Shown here: positions 57,986 to 64,000 of the stretch, piece after piece
How positions within the stretch are numbered: position 1 is the stretch's first letter
Layout of the letters: every line of letters begins with the position of its first letter
Made by a program: the position numbers and the translations under genes
IMG/VR virus record: IMGVR_UViG_2974673715_000001
Coordinates: 1-64,000 of that record
DNA: 64,000 nt
Reading direction: 5' to 3' (one strand)
From: a virus
Lineage: Duplodnaviria; Caudoviricetes
Notes under the pieces: generated by a model
The model's database searches: none
What the model was told of the DNA's origin: nothing
Seen by the model: the letters and a program-made list of their open reading frames with translations, nothing else

Positions 57986-58405
57986 ATGGCGTTAAAGAAA
58001 ATATCAGGTAAAGATCAAAAGAGATCTCGTTCATTTACGGATCTCTCACTTGGTATGGTGAAAAATGCGAATACACAGGATGTTGCTGTCGTGAAAAATG
58101 ACAATGCAATCAAACAGGCGATCAAAAATCTAATTATGACCACGCCTGGTGAAAAACCATTTCAACCTCTAGTAGGATCTAATATATCAAAATTATTATT
58201 TGAACCTCTAGATGATTTTACAAGTGATGCTATCAAACAAGAGATCATAAATACGATTAATCGGTTTGAACCTCGCGTACGTTTGACAGGAGTTAGAGTA
58301 CAACCTCGTTATGATAGAAATACATTCAATGTAACGATTGTGTTTAAAATAGTTGGAATCCCAATCAACGAAACTATCGAGTTCGTATTACAGAGACCTG
58401 AATAA
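57986..58405 (+). CDS. gp25: Baseplate wedge / sheath initiator
   Basis: F.DL, AIKQAIKNL..T.PGEKPF.P..GS, FEPRV; CTAAATA at 57957. Confidence 0.93.
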   Translation: MALKKISGKDQKRSRSFTDLSLGMVKNANTQDVAVVKNDNAIKQAIKNLIMTTPGEKPFQPLVGSNISKLLFEPLDDFTSDAIKQEIINTINRFEPRVRLTGVRVQPRYDRNTFNVTIVFKIVGIPINETIEFVLQRPE

Positions 58406-60432
58406 TGCAACCAAATAACCTCACAGCATTAGACTTTGAAGATATCAAAGCATCAATCAAATCCTATCTAAGAAGTCGGAACGAATTTACGGATTATGAC
58501 TTTGAAGGATCTTCTTTATCGTATCTTATCGACACATTAGCGTATAATTCATATTATACTGCATTTAATGCTAATATGGCGATGAACGAGGCATTTTTGC
58601 CTTCTGCTACTATTAGAGATAATGTTGTTAACGTTGCAAAACTTTTAAATTACGTTCCACGTTCAATTACTTCATCTAGAGCATGCTTAAAACTAGATGT
58701 ACAAACAACACAGACTGCAGGAGCATATCCTAGCAGCATAACATTAAAAAAAGGTGCTATTGCATCTGGTGGAAATTATATTTTTAACATTTTAGAAGAT
58801 ATTACAACTACTGTCAGTCCTAGCACAGGTATTGGCACTTTTGACAATGTAATGATCATGGAAGGTAGTATAGTTACCTTCCAATACATTGTTAATACCT
58901 TTGCAACTCAGGTTTATAAAGTCCCTTCCGAAGATGCAGACATTTCTACTCTTAGTGTAAGAGTAAAACCTAACGAATCATCTACAACATCAGACTTATA
59001 CAGTTTGACTGATACAATCACTGATTTGACTGCAACTACTCGTGCATACTTCCTCAGTGAAGGTGAAGATATGCGTTATGAGGTAAAATTTGGTGATGAT
59101 ACTGCAGGTAGAGCATTAAAAGATGGAGAAGTCGTACTTTTAGAGTATTTGGTTACTTCTGGAACAGAAGCAAATGAAATTACAACATTTTCGTTCATAG
59201 GACAGATTACAGACAATATTGGAGGTGCCTATAGTGGCACATCAGTCACTTTGAGCATGAAAGAGAAGTCACAACTCGGTGCTGCAGCAGAAACTTTAGA
59301 ATCTATTAAATATAATGCACCAAGATACTACTCTGCACAATACAGAGCAGTAACAGCACAAGATTATGCATTAATTGCTAAAAAAGTGTATTCTAACGCT
59401 GATTCTGTTGTTGCATATGGTGGGGACTCTTTAAATCCCCCAATTTACGGAAAAGTCTTTATTGCAATTCAAACCAAAACTGGTTCTTTACTTAATGACG
59501 CAACTAAAAAGTCAATTTCTGCAGATTTAAGAAAATATGCTATGGCATCAATTGATCCTGTAGTTATTGACCCAGAACAGATGTATTTGTATTTGAAAGT
59601 CTTTGCACAATACGATCCTGGCACTGCATCTAATACTTCCGATATCAAAACTAATATTCAGAACGGAATTAACGATTGGGCAACACAAACTCAGATTAAT
59701 AACTTTAATTCTACATTCAGAGCACAAGCATTTGAAAAAGCGGTGACTTTATCCGATAATAGTTTGAGTGATGTGTCTTTACAACTTTCTATCTTAAAAT
59801 ACATCTATCCAAACACAAATCAGACTAATACTTACTGTATTGCTACTGGTGCGGATCTATATGATAGTGCTCCAAGCAATTCCGATGGAACTACTTGTAA
59901 AAAAGAACCTATATTGCTTTCAGGACCTTTTAGAACAGCAGATAGACCAGGAATTGATCAACAGTTTGAAGATGATGGTTTTGGCAACTTAAGAACATTT
60001 TATAACACTGGTAATAAGAAAGTATATACAAATAATGCTGCAGGAACTGTAAATTATGCTACAGGTCAAATTTGTTTTGGTCCTGTTAATATAATTGGTT
60101 CAGGTGTCAATACACCTCCAACTGGATCTATAACAATTACAGATTCAACAACTGGTGCAGGTTCCGTAACAAATGCAGATCTACTTCCTACAGGTCTTCA
60201 GATTCCTGTTCTGTTTATTCCTGCAAACGTTGCATCTATTCCTGCTGCAACACCAGGAACTATTATCAATATTATAAACCCAGAGGTTACAGTTGTCCCA
60301 GTAGGTACGATTCCGCCTCCAACAATACCTCTAAATAGTTTGACGCCATCAGTGTTTAATACGGTTCCCACAACTATTACTGTTGCTGATATCTCAAACG
60401 CAGGTGATCTAACATCCTCTTCTTGCTTCTAG
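58405..60432 (+). CDS. gp6: Baseplate wedge subunit
   Basis: LDFEDIK, FTDYDFEGS, LAYN.YY.AFNAN, AQYRAVTAQDY. Confidence 0.95.
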   Translation: MQPNNLTALDFEDIKASIKSYLRSRNEFTDYDFEGSSLSYLIDTLAYNSYYTAFNANMAMNEAFLPSATIRDNVVNVAKLLNYVPRSITSSRACLKLDVQTTQTAGAYPSSITLKKGAIASGGNYIFNILEDITTTVSPSTGIGTFDNVMIMEGSIVTFQYIVNTFATQVYKVPSEDADISTLSVRVKPNESSTTSDLYSLTDTITDLTATTRAYFLSEGEDMRYEVKFGDDTAGRALKDGEVVLLEYLVTSGTEANEITTFSFIGQITDNIGGAYSGTSVTLSMKEKSQLGAAAETLESIKYNAPRYYSAQYRAVTAQDYALIAKKVYSNADSVVAYGGDSLNPPIYGKVFIAIQTKTGSLLNDATKKSISADLRKYAMASIDPVVIDPEQMYLYLKVFAQYDPGTASNTSDIKTNIQNGINDWATQTQINNFNSTFRAQAFEKAVTLSDNSLSDVSLQLSILKYIYPNTNQTNTYCIATGADLYDSAPSNSDGTTCKKEPILLSGPFRTADRPGIDQQFEDDGFGNLRTFYNTGNKKVYTNNAAGTVNYATGQICFGPVNIIGSGVNTPPTGSITITDSTTGAGSVTNADLLPTGLQIPVLFIPANVASIPAATPGTIINIINPEVTVVPVGTIPPPTIPLNSLTPSVFNTVPTTITVADISNAGDLTSSSCF

Positions 60433-60438
60433 GTGTAG

Positions 60439-63400
60439 ATGAACATTAATAAGGTCTCTCAGTCAGTTGTTTCACAGACTCCAGATTTTATTGGAAACGA
60501 TTATCCATTATTCAATAAATTTATTGAATATTACTATCGTTCTCAAGAAAAAACTGGTTTAGGGCAGAATATTGTCAATGAGTTTTTACAATATCTTGAT
60601 ATTGATAAACTTAACATCGATATTCTTGATGGTGCTACAAAGTTGGTTGAATCGACAACTACAACTGCTGATGAGATAGTAGTTGAAAGTATTGACAGTT
60701 TTTTAACTAAAGATGGTTCTGTTTTAATTGGTAATGAAGTAGTTTACTATGAATCTACTACAGCATCACCAAACATTGCTCTCAGTCCTGGTATTTCTTA
60801 CGAGCAAGTAAAATTAAAGTGGACAACTCTTGCAAGTCTTCTAGATTCCTTTGATGGTACTACAGTTAGGTTTAATTTAACATCTCAGGATAGTCCAGTA
60901 GCAGCACCTTCTGCACAACACTTAATTGTTTCTCTTTACGGAAAAATATTAACACCTGGTATTGATTACACAGTTGATGGCACTGCTATTGTCTTTACTA
61001 CTGCTCCTAGGACAAGAATTCCTGCAGATGACTCAACTTCAACTTATATTACATATCAAAGTGGTTTTGTTGAGAATACAATTGTTGAAATAGATAATTT
61101 ATCTGGTTCTTTCGGTGAAGGTAAGAGACAGTTTACCATGACAAGAAATGGTTCTCCTTATGAACCTGTTGTAGGTGAATATGTCTTAGCAATTTACGAT
61201 CAACGTCTATTAGTTCCCAAAGTAGACTTCTTTATTGATAAAGATCAGTTCATTTTTCTTACAGCACCTCTCAATGGAAGATTTCTCTCACTATACTCAA
61301 TTGAAGCACCTATTCCTTCATTTGGATCTGGTGCTCTGGGGTACTCTCGTGTTGACGATAATGGAACTTTAACTAGCGTTTCTGTAAAAGAAAATGGTAG
61401 TAATTATCGTTTTGAATACCCTCCTAAAGTCACTATCAACTCTGCTGCAGGTAGCGGTGCTTCTGTAACTGCACTTGTAAATGGTATTAAGACTTTATCA
61501 CTTTTAGAAGGTGGTAAAGGATACAGCGATACTAACCCTCCTGTAGTTCAAGTTCAATCACCAACAAAACCTGGTTCTGTAGCAGCAACTCTTAAAGCAA
61601 CTGTAACTAACGGTAGTGTTTCTGGGATAGAAGTTATTAGTTCTGGTAGTGGATATACATTTACACCTAGAATCACTTTCAAGCAACCTGGCGGTGCTAT
61701 ACTAGGCACCTGTCCTATTGTAGGGGGTCAGGTATCAGGAACTATTCCTATTACTGATGGTGGTTTTGGATATACTACAGTCCCCACAATTTATATTGAT
61801 GAACCAACGGGAACTAATCCTATTAGAGCAACTCTAACTCCTGTATTGACTGATGGCGTAATAACTTCTATTACAATTACTAATGCAGGTCAAGGATACA
61901 TCACTACTCCTAGAATATCTGTAGTTGATCCAGTTGGTGCACAGGTCTTGTCTACAACTGTGGATTCAAATGGGCGTCTTGTAGGAATTGAATTATTAGA
62001 TGGTGGTAGCGGATATGATGACGTACCTTCTGTTTATGTCGTAGATAATAGAGTAGATGCGACAGGAGCATATGCGGGCGGAACTGGTGCTACTGCAACT
62101 GCTGCTATATTCAACGGTAGAATTACTGATATTAATATTACTGCTTTTGGTTCTGGTTATAGTGCTGCAAATCCTCCTGAGATTGTAATCCAAGCACCTC
62201 CTCAGGCAAAAGCATCTGCAACAGTTGGTCTTAATGAAGTTACTGGATTTAAAGTAAATCAGTCAGGTAAAGGATATTCAAAATCAAAACTAGTTGGTTG
62301 TGCAAGAGCAGCAAGTGGTATTACTTCTTATACTGAAGATGGTAACGCTGTATTTACAAATAACACTACAGCAGCAGCACATGCGATTAATTCTGATGTA
62401 AAATGTCTAGATGCTTTATTTGTAAAACGTTTACTAGACAAATACACTGAACAGTTTTTACCTGATGTTCCAGAACTAGATTATAAAAAAATTGATGTTA
62501 GAACAGCAATCAAGACAATTAAAGATTTCTATACTGCAAAAGGAACATCTTTCAGTATTAGTTACCTCTTTAAACTGCTATATGGTGAACAGGTAAGTAT
62601 TACTTATCCAAAAGATCAAATTATCAAACCCTCTGCAGCAACATGGTCTATTGACACTATTTTGCGTGCAACTTTGGTAAGTGGAGATCCTACCAATATT
62701 AGAGACGGTTTATTAACTCAAGATGCTGATATTGCTGATGTTAACGTGGCAGCAGCGAGTGCTTTGATTGAAAACTATATTTCTATTAAAACTTCTGACG
62801 TAGAAATTTTTGAACTTGTTCTTTCTGAAGAAACTATCACAGGTTCTTTTACAGTTCCTTATAAAACAAAACTTGCTGAACCTTTAGGCACTGAAGACAG
62901 TATTATCACTGTTGACTCTACAATTGGTTGGCCAGAGAGAAACGGTGAGTTTTTAATCGGAAATAGTGAAGTTGTAAGATATAAAGAAAAATCACTCAAC
63001 CAGTTTATTGAGTGTACACGTTCTGTTAATAATATTGTTGAAGATTGGGATTCTGCTACCGAGGTTGCTTCTAACTTCTCAGTTTTCGTTAACAAAGGCA
63101 CTCCTCAGGAAGTTGTCATGAAAATTGTTGGTATCGTTGATGCTCAACAAACAACTCTTACTGATACTGGTTCATATTACTTACCTGGTGATAAATTAAC
63201 AGTTTCTAAGTTGGGTGGAACAGGAACTAATGCTGAACTTACAACTTGGTTGTATAACGTTAAAAAATTAATTAATATCAGTAGTATTACGTTTGGTGGT
63301 GTTAATAATCAGTCCGCAACTGTAACTTGTGCTAATAATCATGGTCTCTTAGTTGGAGATCAGGTTACAATCTATGGTGCTAACCCAATCATCTATAATG

Positions 63401-64000
63401 GAACTTTCTTAGTTACATCTAGAGATAGTAATACAGTATTCCAATATCAATTACCACAACCTGCTACAGTCGTACCTCAAGGTAATATTCTTGTATCTGT
63501 TGACCTCAATAAAGGTAAGTCTGATGATACAGCTGTTTTAAATTCTATCGGACCTTACACAACTAATATTCAAAACTCTTTCTTCAATAATAACTACGTT
63601 TACGTTGCTTCTACAGGTATACCCAACTATAAGATCGGTCCGTTTCCTGGTTCTGCTCTTTTGCCAGGTAACCAACGTAAATTGAACCGTTTCCCATTAG
63701 CGGTAACTACAATTTCTACAAAAAATAATATTTCACCTGGTCCTATTGGAACATGGGTAAATGGTGTTTCTATATGGTCTTATAAGTCTACAATCAAGAA
63801 AACTTTTGGTGCTGTTACTGATATCACTATTTCTAACGCAGGTTCTGGATATGATGCTGCTTCTCCTCCAAATATCACAATTTCTGGTGGTGGAGGAACT
63901 GGTGCCACATCTAGTGTAACTGTTAATGGATCTGTTAATGAAATTACTGTAACTGCAGGTGGATCTGGATATACTTCTTCTCCTCTAGTTTCTATCGCAG
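60439..64000 (+). CDS. Large baseplate wedge initiator (gp7-like), truncated at window end, not in ORF track
   Basis: ATG 60439, MNINKVSQSV..Q.PDFI..DYPLF.KFIEYYY; IKDFY.AKGT..S..YLFKLLYGE; many GSGY..P repeats; follows gp6. Confidence 0.85.
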   Translation, partial: MNINKVSQSVVSQTPDFIGNDYPLFNKFIEYYYRSQEKTGLGQNIVNEFLQYLDIDKLNIDILDGATKLVESTTTTADEIVVESIDSFLTKDGSVLIGNEVVYYESTTASPNIALSPGISYEQVKLKWTTLASLLDSFDGTTVRFNLTSQDSPVAAPSAQHLIVSLYGKILTPGIDYTVDGTAIVFTTAPRTRIPADDSTSTYITYQSGFVENTIVEIDNLSGSFGEGKRQFTMTRNGSPYEPVVGEYVLAIYDQRLLVPKVDFFIDKDQFIFLTAPLNGRFLSLYSIEAPIPSFGSGALGYSRVDDNGTLTSVSVKENGSNYRFEYPPKVTINSAAGSGASVTALVNGIKTLSLLEGGKGYSDTNPPVVQVQSPTKPGSVAATLKATVTNGSVSGIEVISSGSGYTFTPRITFKQPGGAILGTCPIVGGQVSGTIPITDGGFGYTTVPTIYIDEPTGTNPIRATLTPVLTDGVITSITITNAGQGYITTPRISVVDPVGAQVLSTTVDSNGRLVGIELLDGGSGYDDVPSVYVVDNRVDATGAYAGGTGATATAAIFNGRITDINITAFGSGYSAANPPEIVIQAPPQAKASATVGLNEVTGFKVNQSGKGYSKSKLVGCARAASGITSYTEDGNAVFTNNTTAAAHAINSDVKCLDALFVKRLLDKYTEQFLPDVPELDYKKIDVRTAIKTIKDFYTAKGTSFSISYLFKLLYGEQVSITYPKDQIIKPSAATWSIDTILRATLVSGDPTNIRDGLLTQDADIADVNVAAASALIENYISIKTSDVEIFELVLSEETITGSFTVPYKTKLAEPLGTEDSIITVDSTIGWPERNGEFLIGNSEVVRYKEKSLNQFIECTRSVNNIVEDWDSATEVASNFSVFVNKGTPQEVVMKIVGIVDAQQTTLTDTGSYYLPGDKLTVSKLGGTGTNAELTTWLYNVKKLINISSITFGGVNNQSATVTCANNHGLLVGDQVTIYGANPIIYNGTFLVTSRDSNTVFQYQLPQPATVVPQGNILVSVDLNKGKSDDTAVLNSIGPYTTNIQNSFFNNNYVYVASTGIPNYKIGPFPGSALLPGNQRKLNRFPLAVTTISTKNNISPGPIGTWVNGVSIWSYKSTIKKTFGAVTDITISNAGSGYDAASPPNITISGGGGTGATSSVTVNGSVNEITVTAGGSGYTSSPLVSIA

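Noticed and set aside
1-64000. Introns, inteins, homing endonucleases, IS elements or rRNA
   Set aside because: No split core genes and no HNH, GIY-YIG, LAGLIDADG, transposase or rRNA signatures recognised

Overview
A 64-kb segment of a T4-like marine cyanomyophage (Prochlorococcus/Synechococcus type, AT-rich). In order: gp59 and gp32; small host-like membrane genes; a baseplate/tail block (gp53, gp48, gp4, gp54-like, gp26, gp51, tape-measure-like protein, lysozyme+peptidase protein, gp27-like, gp5) with interspersed auxiliary genes (cp12, cpeT, a psbN-like gene missing from the ORF track, tRNA-Leu); a tail-fibre block with three tandem fibrinogen-like paralogs and a Gly/Pro-rich fibre beside a carbamoyltransferase and five 2OG-Fe(II) oxygenases; a DNA-acting island (structured RNA, putative nuclease, two methyltransferases, ParB-like protein, SF2 helicase); a dense early region of tiny ORFs; then PAAR, gp25, gp6 and a truncated gp7-like gene. 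The strongest non-coding signal is a palindrome (9-bp arms, usually 6-bp spacer; TGTGACAGT-N6-AGTGTCACA) found 14 times, mostly 28-30 nt upstream of a -10 box and usually overlapping the previous stop codon, which cuts the early region into cassette-like units. All assignments come from motif recognition and recall; no searches were run.
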